This document shows, in pieces, positions 1-12,460 of a stretch of DNA of 64,000 nt. The stretch is taken from NCBI RefSeq assembly GCF_009914755.1, contig NC_060929.1. The stretch is one strand, 5' to 3'. Both the position numbers and the translations under genes were made by a program. The first letter of the stretch is position 1. Every line of letters starts with the position of its first letter. The DNA comes from the human T2T-CHM13v2.0 reference genome, Homo sapiens. The notes under the pieces were generated by a model. The model was given only the letters and a program-made list of their open reading frames with translations. It was not told where the DNA came from and did not search any database.

Positions 1-1112
1 GCTGCCGCTGGGCTCTTCAGAACCTTTACGCCCAAGTCCTGTCCAGGGGGAGCACCCTCCACCTCGGGCCGGCTGCCATCACAGCCTTCAATCCTGCCCA
101 GAGTCCCTGGAGACTGTTGTCATTAAACCCCACTCCTGTTTAGGAAACCCCAGGGCCAGACCCCACTGCCGGAACGGGACCCTCTCGTGCCTGCAGATGG
201 CAAAGCTCCTGAGGGCCTGATGGACCCTCCAATGTCCCACGGCCACAGTTTCCACCTTGACGCCGAAGCCCTGGGATGGCCCCTCTGCAACGCCCAGTGC
301 TCCATCATGACCTGGCCCCAGGACGCTGACTGAGGGAGCGGAGGGGATCGGGACCAGGGGGAAGCAGCCCCCCAGTAAATCCGAAGCACAGGCACGGCAC
401 AGCCCCAAGGGAGACCTTGTAGGCGCCTGGCCAGCAGGGCTGAGGAGAAAGTCTCCACTGCAGGGCGCCTCCTGGGCCCACGCCGTGTGGTCCTGGCCCC
501 AAGCTGCCCACTGGGCATTCAGCCTGGACAGCTCTCGGTGCTGGAGACCCAGAGGACAAGGGGACAGCAACATCAAAGACCACAGCGACCCGAAGCCCCA
601 GAAGCAAAAGCCACCCTCACAGGGGAAGGAGTGGACAGAGCCCCTGTGGAGCTCACCCAGCCCTCCTGTCCCACCAAGGGGCCTTCTAGGACCTGGGAGC
701 CCTGCCCTCCTGCCGAGGAGGTGCTTCCCCATTAAACAGGGCCAAGGAACAAGGCGGCTCAGGTCCTGCCATGCCCAGGGTGGACACCGTGCCACCCCGC
801 CAGCCCCCACTCCTTATTTCAGTGCCCATTTGAGCGCAGACGTTCCTGTTTTTCATTATCATCGCACGGCACTCCTGCTCCGCGGGACTCTCCCTGTGAA
901 CCGCCCCACTCTTCTCAGCCCAGGCCGCCTGTCAGGCAGTCAGAGCTCCCAATCAGAACAAAGCCGGCAGTTTTGAGTCTGTGCACATCCCCCTGCAGCA
1001 CAGGAGGCAGGATGATCAGCCGCTCCAGCCCAGCATCCCCACGGCACACTCGGGAGCACACCCCACCCAGAGGCCAGACAGGTGCACACGGCCAGGGCCG
1101 CCCCAGGACACA

Positions 1113-1290
1113 CGTCCAGAGAGGTCACAGTCCTGAAAGGTCACGGTCCTGAGAGGTCACCATCCTGAGAGGTGCCCGGTCCGGAGAGGTCACTGGTCCT
1201 GAGAGGTCACTGTCCTGAGGGGTCACTGGTCCAGAGGTCATCACTCTTGAGAGTCACTGGTTGATCCTGAGAGGTCACTGGTCCAGAGGG
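1113..1290. repeat. 16-17-bp minisatellite (GTCCTGAGAGGTCACTG-like), about 10 units
   Basis: Tandem units visible directly. Confidence 0.85.
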
Positions 1291-2669
1291 ATCGCTAGGA
1301 TGGGGTCTCCAGGCCTGGGCTGAGGCTCTGCCCCATAGAAGACCTGAGGTCGGGCTCCTGCTCTCCAGGGACCCTGAAGGCCAGAGCCAAGCCCAGGCTG
1401 AGTGCAGTCCCCAAGGAAGTAGGAGGAGGAGGGCAGGGTGGAGTCCTGTGGCAGCGTCCCCAGCACACCACACTTCTATCCTGGTCGTCTCACATGGCGT
1501 CCTCCGGCCATCCTGCACTGGGCCACTTGGGACCCCTGCCACTCACCACAACCGCATGGCCTCAGACCTGGGCAGGACAGGGCAGGCTTTGCACACTCCT
1601 AAGGCTCATGGGGTGGGAGGGGCCCTGCACAAGGAGCCTTCCGGTAAGGGGGGCAGGGGAGCAGGGGCTGCATGGCCCTGGCCACCTCCACTCACCCTCC
1701 CTCCGCCCTCAGAAGAAGAGAGATGGCTGCAGAGGAGCTTCTCGGGTCAACAGGGTGCACCCAGCCCCTGGTGCCCTCTGCCTCTGGGAACCACATCTTG
1801 GCCCCCATCTGCAGAGTGTGGTCCTTGCAGCGCCCAGCGTGGCCACTCTGGGGACGGCCACCAGAGCCCATCTGCACTCAGGTGTAGGGATGAGAAGGCG
1901 GGGCAGTCTCAGAGAAAACCCTCCCAGGCCACACGGCAGATCCCCTCTGAGTGGGAGACTCAGGATTAAGGATGACAGGGAGACGCAGGTGGGAGGATGG
2001 AACATTCCAGAGCACTATGGCTGAGTATCCAGGCCACAGACGCCGGGGCTGCCAGGGCCACCAACTTTGCCACCGAATGGCCACCATGGGATGGAGGTGC
2101 CAACAGGGCTCCCGGACTCTGCAAAGGACGCTGTGGCGGAGACTGATACGGGTCTGAGATGGCTGTCCAAGGCCCAAGTGAGAGTTAAACCACATGCCCA
2201 GCCAGTGCCCACCACCTGGGCCAACACCATTTCTCTAAAGCACGACACAGGACATTCCACCAACAGAGCATCCCAAAAGGGAATAAAATAGAGATCCCGG
2301 CTGGCTCATCCCATCAACCATGTCAGAGACTCGGCGGCTGCAGATGCGGTGGGACCTGCCTCCATTAAAAGCACCTTCTGTGGGGACAGCAAGGACTCTC
2401 ACGCGGGGCACACCAGGTTAGAGGACACAGCCGGGGCTCTCACGGGAGGCACAATGGGTTACAGGAGAAAACAGCCGAGGCTCTCAAGGGGGCAGAGCAG
2501 GTTACAGAACACTGCAGAACCAGGGGCTGGTCCCTCATCCAGCGCAGCTTCACTGAGTGCCAGACTCACGAGGACCCTGCCCTGCCCCGCCCCAGCCCAC
2601 TCACTGCCCTTGGGTTACCCTCGGGGCTCCGGGTCCAGGGCACCTGCAGGCAGCTGGGACCAGGCCAGC

Positions 2670-3390
2670 TCTGGGCCAATGGTGGCCCCATCTAATCCCC
2701 AGAACCTGTGAACGCGACCTTGTTTGGAGAAAGGATCTGGAAATGAGATCATCTTGGATTATCCACAGCTGAGCCCTAAATCCAATGGTGAGTGTCTCTA
2801 CCTAGAAGAGGCAGAAGAGAAGACACAGAGAGAAGAGAAGAAGGTGCTACAGGCTGAATTCGTCCCCTCCAAAATCCACACTGGAACCTAATCCCCATTG
2901 TGGTGGCATTAACAGAGCCTTTGGGGGATGAGATTCAGCTATGGGGGCCAGGCTCCTGGGAATGACCGAGTGCCTTATCAAAGGGCTGGGGCATGAGGAC
3001 ATGGCAACCAGGCCCTGTCTTGGAAGCAGGGAAGGGCCCTTGTCAGACGCCAAGCCTGCAGGTGCCTTGATCTTGGACTCTCCAGCCCCCAGAACTGTGA
3101 GAAGTGAACATATCATTTCATAAATTACCATGCCTGGTGCTGTTACAGCAACACACACAGACTAACACAGTCGCCCTGAGGCTGGGGCTGCAGTGATGCA
3201 GCCACACGCCCAGGACAACTGGAGCCACCAGAAGCTAGAAGAGGCAGGGAGCGTCCCACCAAGCCTCCAGAGGAAGCTGACTCATGAGATGCCTGGACGC
3301 TGGGCTTCTGGTCTCCAGGAGGATGGGGGAATGCGTCCCTGTTGTGTTAACCCCGGACTGTGTCAATTGTCAGAAGCCTCTGGACACAGT
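2670..3390 (+). mobile_element. MLT1-type LTR with a nested MST/MLT1A-type LTR (about 2844-3168)
   Basis: MLT1 motifs (ctaatccccagaacctgtga, gagatcatcttggattat, gccaccagaagctagaagaggc) interrupted by tgctacaggctgaatt...gactaacaca. Confidence 0.65.
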
Positions 3391-3599
3391 GACACAGCGG
3401 GTGGGACCAGAGGCTCAGCACCCCTCATGGGGAACAAAGTCTTTGAGGCCCTCAGGTGGCACTGAGAGACCACAGGGGGCTCCAGAGGCCCTTGGGGGTC
3501 CACCTAAGCCAGGATGGGTGTTAGGCCAGGGCTGCCAACAGCACCTGCCTTCTGAGACACATCCAGCCTCTGGTTGCCCATTTTTAGGTGGAGAAAATG

Positions 3600-4560
3600 A
3601 AGGCTGCATACGTGGCTGGTGTGAGGAAGTCAGCTGACGGGAATTTGCTGATTTAAGGGAAGGTTCAGCTGCGTCTGCATGCTAAAGGGCTGTCCTCCAG
3701 ATCAGATCTAGAAGCTTTGGGAAGGTAATGCAAAAGAATTTCTGATGTTCTTGGCGTGGGGGAAATTTGTTACACGGACACAGAAAGCCTTGCCCTGCAG
3801 GAAAAGATTCTTAGAAGGCACCAGATTAAAAGAAAGAACTTCTGTTCGTTGAAAAAATATCATCAAGAGAGTGAAAAAGCAAACCCCAGGGTAGGAGATG
3901 TTTGCTATGCACAACAAATGTTGGCTTGTCTCCAGAATATATAAAGAACCTCTACAAATCGATAGGAACTCAATCCACAAAGGGCAGCTGACTTGAACAG
4001 GCCCCTCGGGGACGAGGGTATCCAAGTGCCCAGTGCTCGGTGGGAAGCACTCAGCTTCGTTAGTATGACCAGGAAAATGCAAATCATAAGGCTTCCACAC
4101 AGCCTTACAAAAGGCTAAGACATTGCAAAGGCTGACAGTGGCTAGTGCCGGCAAGGATGTGGGTCAACAGGAAACTGTGGGGGCGAATGGCTTTAATCCC
4201 TTTGGGAAACTGCTTGGCATCATCTGATGAACGAAAAGACACACTAGATCCCAGACTCAACGGCTCCACTTCCAGATTGACCCAAGAGACTCATGACCAC
4301 ATGCCCCAAAGAACATCCCAGGAATGCCCACGACAGCTTCATCCCTAGTTGCCAAGAAAGGGGAACCGCGTGGACATGCACCTGCTGACAGTATGGTGGT
4401 CTCAGGGACAGCGGGCATCCCCGTGGGAGTGTGGGCGGCGCTGAGCACGAGCGCCTGGGGCTCCTCGACGCAGTGTGGACGGACCACTCGCGCACACTAT
4501 TGATCCACGTTAGCCAGCACAGCAGTGTGCCCACCACGTGGCTTCTGGTTAAAGGTTAAA
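3600..4560 (+). mobile_element. Highly decayed L1ME-type fragment
   Basis: tccagaatatataaagaacctctacaaatc; ggcaaggatgtgggtcaacaggaa. Confidence 0.55.
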
Positions 4561-5609
4561 AACAGGCAAAGCCAAAGCACAGTGCTCAGGAATTGCAGCT
4601 TCGACGGGAAAACGGACGGTAAGACCCCATCCCACTCCCGGAACATGAAGAGAGGCGGCCCAGAACGGCTGGCACTAGAACTGCAGGTGGGCTGTGCCAG
4701 GTGCCAGGTGGGGCCCTCCCAGCAGGCGGCCTGGGGACACGTGGGCACTGGCGAAGGTGGCAGGAACAAGCCTGGTGGGAGGTGAGGCTGAGATGAGCTT
4801 CACCCCAGTGGCTCTGTCCATGGCCCAGGCTCCTCAGGCACTGAGAAGGCAGAGGTGCCACCCCGCCGAGGGGCAGAGGAAACCGGCCCTTGGGCAGCCT
4901 TAGGAGAAGCGGGGGCCGGTGTGCGCAGGAGAGGGTGGACGCCCCAGAAGCAGCCACGGTGGCCAGGTTACCTGCGAGATGCCATGGGTGGGAGATGCAG
5001 GTGGCTGTGCAGCGGTGCCCTGGGCTCAGGGGGAGGGGCTGGGTCAGGTCCCCGGGGCTGGCTGGGGCCTGGACATGGCTCCCTGGCCCTGAGGCACCAG
5101 CAGCACTTCTGAGTGGGGTGGGACTGGCCTGGTGTGTTTCTGGGCGGGGATCCAGTGTGAGTGGGTGAACAGTGAGTGGCAGCCATGGGCACGCTGAGGT
5201 ACGCACACTTCACCCACCTCTGTGGGCCAGGAAGGCATGTCACATACTCCTGACAAGGCAGAGGGTGCTGGGAGCTCGCCTGTGTCAGACATGAGGGCCC
5301 TTGGACCAGGGCCTGGGTTTGAAGCCACCTCCATACCCCATACACGGTGCTCACTGCTCCTGGCCCCATTGACTGATGACTGATGGCCAGAGGGGGACAG
5401 CAGCTGTGTGAAGTCGCCTGGCAGGTGCGGCTGTTGGTGGCACTCCCTGGGCGGAGGCCACGTTGGACATTTGTGAACAAACGAGCAGGTTGGGGTTACA
5501 GGTTATAGGATCTGGGAAATGTGGTCTGTGATGCCATGCGCCCTGGGGGATCTCATGGAGCCCACATGGGCAGGCACCTTTTATCATGCCAAGAAGTCAA
5601 ACGTGGGAT

Positions 5610-6060
5610 GCCATGTGGGGAACATGCCCTGGGTGGGGGAATACCCTGGGTGGAGATGCCATGTGGGGAGGATGCTCTGGGTGGGGAATCTTTGTGGGGG
5701 TTGTCCTGGGTGGTGGAGCCTTGGTGAAGGAATGGCCTAGGGGGTGGCTCTGGGAGGGGGTGGCTCTGGGATGTGGATGTCCTGGGAGGGGGATGTCACC
5801 TTAGGGGGAAAGCCTGTTGCAGATGCCCTAGGAGGGAAGCCCTGTGTGAGAGATCATCTGGGTGGGGGCTGCCCCGGGTGGGGGATCATCTGAGTGGGGG
5901 CTGCCCTGGGTGGGGGATGTCCCCGGTGGGGGATCATCCAGGTGGCAGATCATCTGGGTGGGGGATCATCTGGGTGGGGGATCATCTGGGTGGAGGATCA
6001 TCTGGGTGGGGGATCAACTGGGTGGGGGCTGCCCTGGGTGGGGGCTGCCCTGGGTGGAAG
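5610..6060. repeat. Degenerate G-rich 15-16-bp minisatellite (GGATCATCTGGGTGG / GGCTGCCCTGGGTGGG)
   Basis: Homogeneous units at 5850-6058; more diverged units to the left. Confidence 0.85.
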
Positions 6061-7639
6061 ATCTTATCAGGGGGATGCAGTGGGTTATGGCCCTGTGGCA
6101 ACCCCAAACACACACACACCAAGAAGAAGCTGGTCTCCCTAGGAGGAGGATCCACGCAGGGCAGCTTGGGGTTTGGCTCGTGGATGCTGGGGACAAGGCC
6201 TGAGCCCCAGATGTGGCTGGGCCTGACCCAGGCAGCTCCACCCCTTCCTTCCCAGGAAACACCTTTTGCTCGAGCAGTAGGAACTAGGCGTGTGTAGATT
6301 CTGCTGCCTGATCCTGGCTCCTGGCTGAGGGTTTGTGGGCTCAGATGGACTAGACACCCGGCCACAACCCTCCTGGGCATAGCCTTCTGGCTCCCCCAGC
6401 CCAGGCGGAGGCATTGAGCGACTCTCCTCACCCAGAGTGTTTTCCCGAAGGCGCTTCTGCCTGAGGGCACCAGGCTGGGCCAGGTACTGCAGGGCGCTGA
6501 CCAGCACTGGCCTGGGGGCCCCAAGAGCCCCAGATGGCATCCCTCTCACACACTCCCCCTGTCTCACCAACAGCTATAAATAGACTCGGCTCTCTGCTGG
6601 CACGGCCTCTCCCGAGGAAGCTTTTAATTCTCTGCGTCCTCTGCAGGGGGTGGCTCCCACAGGCCTGGGAGGGAACAGACTGCCTGACTCTCCAGAGAGC
6701 TCCCCAGTCTCCATCTGCGATGGGTGATCCTAATTTTCTTCAGGAAGTTCTCCTGAGCCCTGCGTGTGGCGCTTTGGCCTTTGTGCCCACGGAAGCCCCC
6801 TGCGGCCCCTCCCTCCGGGCCCTGCCCAGCCCGGTGCACGAACCCTGTTTACCGATTCCCAGGCCTAGGGCAGCCACTGCCAGTGTGAGGCTTGCAAATT
6901 AGGGTAGGGGGTCAAAAGGAAGCCCCTGTTGACCATTTCTGTGAGCATTCTATGCTCATTTCCACAACGAGCATTTATAACCTCGTATAATCGCTAAAAC
7001 ATTTATTGCAACTTCAGGGAATTCGGGAAGATAGACCAACCGCAGCTGTAAGATTAAAACGCAGCCAGTGACCAGCGGAGCTTCCTCCACGCACACGCGG
7101 TCCAATCCCCATGACTTCATGTTTTGTGAAGATGCAAAGCGAGTTCATGCCGGCGCCTTTCTGAATCAGAGATCCCTTTAGAAACCATGAAAGCTGCAGA
7201 CCCCTCCCGGGAAAACGCACACACCCTCCTGGAGCTCGCCTTCTGCAGCCGCTCCGGGAGCCCGCCCCTCCCCCACAGGCCCTCCGAGGATCACGTGGTG
7301 GGGAGGCGCTGGCACCGAGCGGCTGACAGGCGCGAGAGCCCAGTTCAAGGCGCCGGCATCAGGCTGCAGCTGCCTCACTCCCCTCCACTTCCTGCCCCTT
7401 CCCGGCCTTGGTCCAGCCCCATCTCCTAGTCCCAGGCCACAGGGAGCTGGGTCACCTCCCAGGGGCAGGGGCTGGCTGGGCGTGGGGGGAGACCTCTCCC
7501 CCTGAGAAGTCAGGCGGGGAGGGGTGGCCGGGGTGGGCGGAGGGGCCCAGTCCTCTATCGGTCCCCCAGGGGCCCTGCACGCAGAAGAGCCAATAAACAT
7601 GCCAGGTGGATCAGCGGTGACACTGAGAGGGAACGCAAC

Positions 7640-7947
7640 ACCCCATCAAAACAGCAGCCCCCCAACCCCCATCAAAACAATAGCCCCCAACCCCCATCAA
7701 AACAGCAGCCCCCAAACCCCTATCAAAACAGCAGCGCCCAAACCCCCATCAAAACAGCAGCCCCCAACCCCCATCAAAACAGCAGCCCCCAAATACCCAT
7801 CAAAACAGCAGCCCCCCAAACCCCATCAAAACAGCAGCCCCCTAAACCCCATCAAAACAGCAGCCTCCCAAACCCCATCAAAACAGCAGCCCCCCAAGCC
7901 CCATCAAGACAGCAGCCCCCCTAAACGCTTATCAAAACAGCAGCCCC
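7640..7947. repeat. ~25-bp VNTR (CCCCATCAAAACAGCAGCCCCCCAA), about 12 units
   Basis: Tandem units visible directly. Confidence 0.92.
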
Positions 7948-8019
7948 GCCACTGCCGGGGAGGGACAGGCTTCTCACCTCCCTCGGCTCCGTTTACGTAA
8001 CCGAAACCGCAGAATAAAG

Positions 8020-10160
8020 GGCTCCTCAGATCCTCGGGCGCTGCTCCCAGGGGTGCGGGAAGGTGTCCCGGCAGCGCCTCTCCATCGCCACAGGCCCGCG
8101 GACAGTAGCCAAGGCCCGGGGCAGCTGGAGGCTCTGCGGGGGGCGGTCTGACAGCCCCACCTGCCAGGACGCGGTGGTGTCAGGACCCCGAGACCCGCTC
8201 ATTCTGGGCCGTTTCTGTGGCCAGGGATCTCAAAACGTGCTGCGGGCAGTGGCTTCATTCCAGCCCTCCACGCCCTAATTTCCCACGCCTCACACCGGCG
8301 GCCCCCTACGCCTGGGAATAGGGAAACGGTTCCAGCCCCGGGCTGGGGAGGGTCTGGAGGGAAGGGCTGCAGGGGCGTCCGTGGCCGCGAAGAAAGGCCA
8401 AAGCGCCAGGCACAGGGCCCGGAGAAAGTGACAGACCTGTCCCTGGCGCGGCCGACGGTGACCCCCGCTCGCGGCCTTTGCAAAGCCTCCCCGTCGCGTC
8501 CTCGCACCGAGCCCGCAGCGCCGAACTCCGGGCATCCCAATCCGGGGGCTCAGGGACGCGCAGGGCGGCCCGGGAATGTGGCTCGGGGGAGCGCGGGGGG
8601 CAGGGGCTGCGGCGCAGGTGGCTGCTGGGGCTGACGGGCCCAGTCTCCGCCCCCGGGTGCCCCCCGCGCCGCGCCCGCAGGACCGAGCCCCGCGCCCGCT
8701 TACCTTGGAGACGCAGCAACTGCAGCGGAGGCTCCCCCGCGACCCGGCCGCGCGCGACCAAGTGCTCAGCGCAGCGCTCCCCCTGCCGCCCCGCCCCGCC
8801 CCCAGCCCCGCCCCCAGCGTCCCGCGCCCGCCCCTCGTGTTCATTGGCAGCCCCGCCCCCGCCGCCCCACCAGGCCCGGAGCATGCGCGGGCGCACTGAG
8901 ACCTCAGCCTTACAAGACCGGCTCCGCTGAGGCTCCGCCGGCCGCCAGGTATCCGCTCAGCGCAGGGCGCGGCGGACCTGCGGGCCGTGGGAACCGCTGG
9001 GCAGTGGCAGCGAGGCCCCTCACCTGTCTCTGGGGCCCCCCGGGGACGACCGGACCCCGATCTCTGCGCCCCGCAGGACGCGCGTTGACGGTGCGGCGGG
9101 GGATGGATGAGCGCGGCCGCGGCCTCCTGGGGTGGGGTGGGTTGGCGGCGGGGCCTCGAGGACAGTGCGGGGCGAGCCCCGACCGCGCCCAGTTCTTTAA
9201 GGAGCCGCAGACGGTGCAGGGAAGCGGCAGGGCCGGGCTGTGAGGGTGCTCGGACCCCAAGGCGGGGCGCACCCAGGGGACTGGGCTTCCAGGTGGGGAC
9301 AGCGCGGCCGGGGATCGACCTGAGCAGGGAGACGGGTCCGTGCCGGGCGCCCAGCGCAGCTGCTCGGGAGTGGGCCGCCCTTCACGCAGGAGTGGAGGAG
9401 CGGAGCGCGCACCCCTGACCCCGGCCTCAGCTTCCGTTCTCCCTGCAGGTCGCCCGTGTGCAGCGCCACCATCCCGGCCGCTCTTCCAATCTCGCCTTTC
9501 TCCGGGCACCTGCCGCCCCTCCCCCGCTCCCCAGACAGGCTTTGCGGAGGGGGCTCATTCCGCCCGGGGCTGCCGGGCCCTCCGCAGGAGTTGGCTCCCC
9601 ACAAGGTTCCGGGGCCGAGACGACAGGGCGGTTCTGTGGTGCTGGGTGCTGGGACTTCAGGGGCACAGGGGCACCTGCCCTGGAGGAGGCCGAGGCGCAG
9701 CCCCCCAGGAGGAAGGGGTGCCTCTGGTGACTTTCAGCGGGACTCTTCCAGCCGGACTCTAGTGCAGCTGAGCTCCTCCCCCAGCCCCGGCTCTGTCCCT
9801 GCCCCAGGTGTCCAGCAGGCCCTGGAATCCGCAAAGGCAGAAGGGGAAGTTGGGGTGCTGGGTGCTGGGCAGGGGGTGCTGAGGCCTCACAGCCCGGCGG
9901 CTTGGCCCCCACCCACCCCACGGTGGTCCCGCGCCCCACACTTCCTCTCCTCTCCTGTGGTTTCTCCTTCCACTCAGTGCTGCCCAGAGATGGGCTTCTG
10001 TCTAGTTCTCCTGAGAAATTCCACACTCGCAGCTGGGAAGTCGGGGGACCCCCGAAGCTGTGCGGCGGCCACGCTGCGGCTCCTGCTTCCCTCCTGCTCG
10101 GGTGCGGGCTCGGCTGCCTTCTCGTCCCGCGGAGCCCGGAGTGCCTCCCCCTCGGGTAGA
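8020..10160. promoter_or_regulatory. CpG island / promoter
   Basis: Very high GC and CpG density; clustered GC boxes (CCGCCC) at 8786-8868; CCAAT on the minus strand (attgg 8843-8847); NRF1-like GCATGCGC at 8881-8888. Confidence 0.9.
8704..8790 (-). other. ZDHHC11B: Non-coding first exon, probably ZDHHC11B exon 1 (TPPP-exon-1-like); window positions 1-8703 would be its intron 1
   Basis: Consensus donor CCAAG|gtaagc directly below GC and CCAAT boxes; no ATG in the exon. Lies about 11 kb downstream of the ZDHHC11 3' end, matching my recollection of the order ZDHHC11B-ZDHHC11. The gene identity is inferred. Confidence 0.6.
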
Positions 10161-10849
10161 TCCTACTAACAGCATCAAAGAAATAATGAAATAATCTCTC
10201 CTTGGTGTGTTCTTACCGTCCTAATAGGCACAAGGGGACTCTTCAGTGCATTTTCCAAAACCTGTACAAACTCTCTTGACATAAATGCAGTGAGTTTACA
10301 ATAAAATCGCAGTGGGAGGTAACGTCAGGCTTCAGAGGCAGACATGGTCCTGGAGCCTTTGGGAGGAGAGGAGAGGAGAGGCAGCGGGCGCGGGGCGGCG
10401 TCCAGGGGGCTGAGCGAGGTCTGGGCAGGAGGACAGAGCTGAGCCTTGGGCTGCCCTGGCCCCTGCGCAGGACACACAGTGACCGGGGCTGGGGTGGGCA
10501 CCCCGGTTCTACCGTCGGGAGTCGGCGTGTTCATGGAGTCTGTTTCCTTGTCTGTGGGTGAAACTTTGGCTTGGGGTCACGGGTGTGTTATTTCCCAGCG
10601 ACAGTCGGTTCAGTCAGCACTTACAAAATCACCAGAAACAGGGGCACAGGATCTTGCTCAGCAGGGAGAGGTGGATCCTGATTCGGGACTCCAGGCTCTT
10701 CACCTGGCCATGGCTGCCCGTCCGGTGGCCCTTCCTGGCCCCCAGCTCTTGCTCCACTGCCAGACCTGGACAGCCTCCATTAACCCTGCAATTACTGAAA
10801 ACCGACTCACAGCCAATGATGTGATCCACGCCAAGTGTCCCGTTATAAG

Positions 10850-11255
10850 ATGTTTCCTGGGGATCCTTAGAAAATCACTACAAATGGGTTGAACAACAAG
10901 GCTTTCCTCTTACGGCTTAGGAGGCCAGAAGTCCGAGATCAAGGCCTGTGCGCTCCGGAGGTTCCCACCTCTTCCAGCTTCTGTGGCTCCAGGCGGTCCT
11001 GGGTGGTGGCCGCATGGCTCCACCTCTGCCCCTGTCCTCACGGGGCCTCCTCCCCCAAGTTAGTGTGTCTGTCTCTTCCTTTGCTTATCGGGACACCTGT
11101 CACTGGATTTAAGGGCCGCCAGGAGAAGCTGGGATAATCTCAAGATCTTTAATCGAATTACATCTACAAAGATCCTATTTTAACGTAAGGTCTTACTCTG
11201 AGGTTCCGGGTCAATGTGACTTTCTTGGGTGGGGGTCACTACCACCCCAGCACCA
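10850..11255 (-). mobile_element. MLT1-type LTR
   Basis: ggaggccagaagtccgagatcaagg; ggataatctcaagatctttaat..acatctacaaaga. Confidence 0.65.
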
Positions 11256-12079
11256 ATGCTTTTCCCAGCTCCACCTGTGTTACCGTGTCAGTGACCAGGA
11301 GCGTTCCCCGGGACACCTGCCTGCTTGTAGCTGTTTCCACGGCTTCCTGCACAGGTTCTGCGTCCGCAGTTGGGAGCACCAGGCCAGGCAGCTGTCACAT
11401 AGGAGGAGGACAGCTCTCCGGGACAAGCCCCTGCTGCCCGGCACCCGCGCCCACCCCTGCCTGGGTTTGGGGTTGGGTTTTGTGGGCAGAGGTTCAGGCT
11501 GACAGTGGAGGTTGGGAAGAGCAGACACAGCATGGTGGGTAGCACTGGAAGCCCTGGGTGGAAGGGATGGTGGGAGATGCTGGGCCATCTGGGTCTGCAG
11601 TGGGAGACCAGGACAGGAGCCCAGGTCCATTGGGAGGCCCCATGCTGAAGACGGAGGCACGGGGAGCGGGGGGAGCAATGGACTCACGGGGACAGCAGCA
11701 GACATGAAAAGGCCTCCGAGGCCAAGTGTGAGGATGCCGGGTCCCAGCACTGAGGTGTCCTGCAGCTGGACCTGTCAGGTGTCCACCCACCCCTGGCAGC
11801 TGCATGTCCTTTGACGGCCTATAGGCTGAGCAGCTTCTTTGGGCCCCGTGGGGGTGTGTCCCACAGCAGGTGAGCAGTCAGGGCCCCTTGAGAACCCTAA
11901 CCAGCTCCTGTGTGGGCCCTGGGCTGGGGACAAGCTACAGCCTAGGTGCATGAGGTCAGAGGGGGTGGTCAGTGAAGTAACGACGTGCCTGCCTGGGTGT
12001 GGGGCCTGGGAAGCCTCATGGGGGTGTTGAAGCAGCTCCCACGGGTCCTTGGCAGCTTAGGGAAAATGTCTGCCGGGAT

Positions 12080-12460
12080 ATGTGTGTGCACCTGTGAGAG
12101 TGTGAGAGTGTGCACATGCATGCGTGTGTTTGTGCATTCCTATGTGTGAATGTGCATCTGTATGTGTGAGTATGCATGCCGGTGTATGTATGTTGGTATG
12201 TGTTCAGCTGTGTATGTTCAGCTGTGTGTGTGTCTATTTGTGTGTCTCTGTGTTTGTATGAGTGTGTCTGCGTGTGCCTGTGTCTCTGTGTGTGCATGTG
12301 TGTTTGCACCTGTATGTCCACGTGCCTGTGTCTGTGTGTTTGCATGTGTGTGCATGTGTCTGTGTGCCTGCATGTGCCTGTGTGTGCATGGGCCTGTGTG
12401 TCTTTGTGTGCATGTGTGTGTGTTTGCACCTGTGTGTGTGCACGTGCCTGTGTGTGTTTG
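12080..12460. repeat. Degenerate (TG)n-rich low-complexity tract
   Basis: Alternating purine-pyrimidine sequence. Confidence 0.9.
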
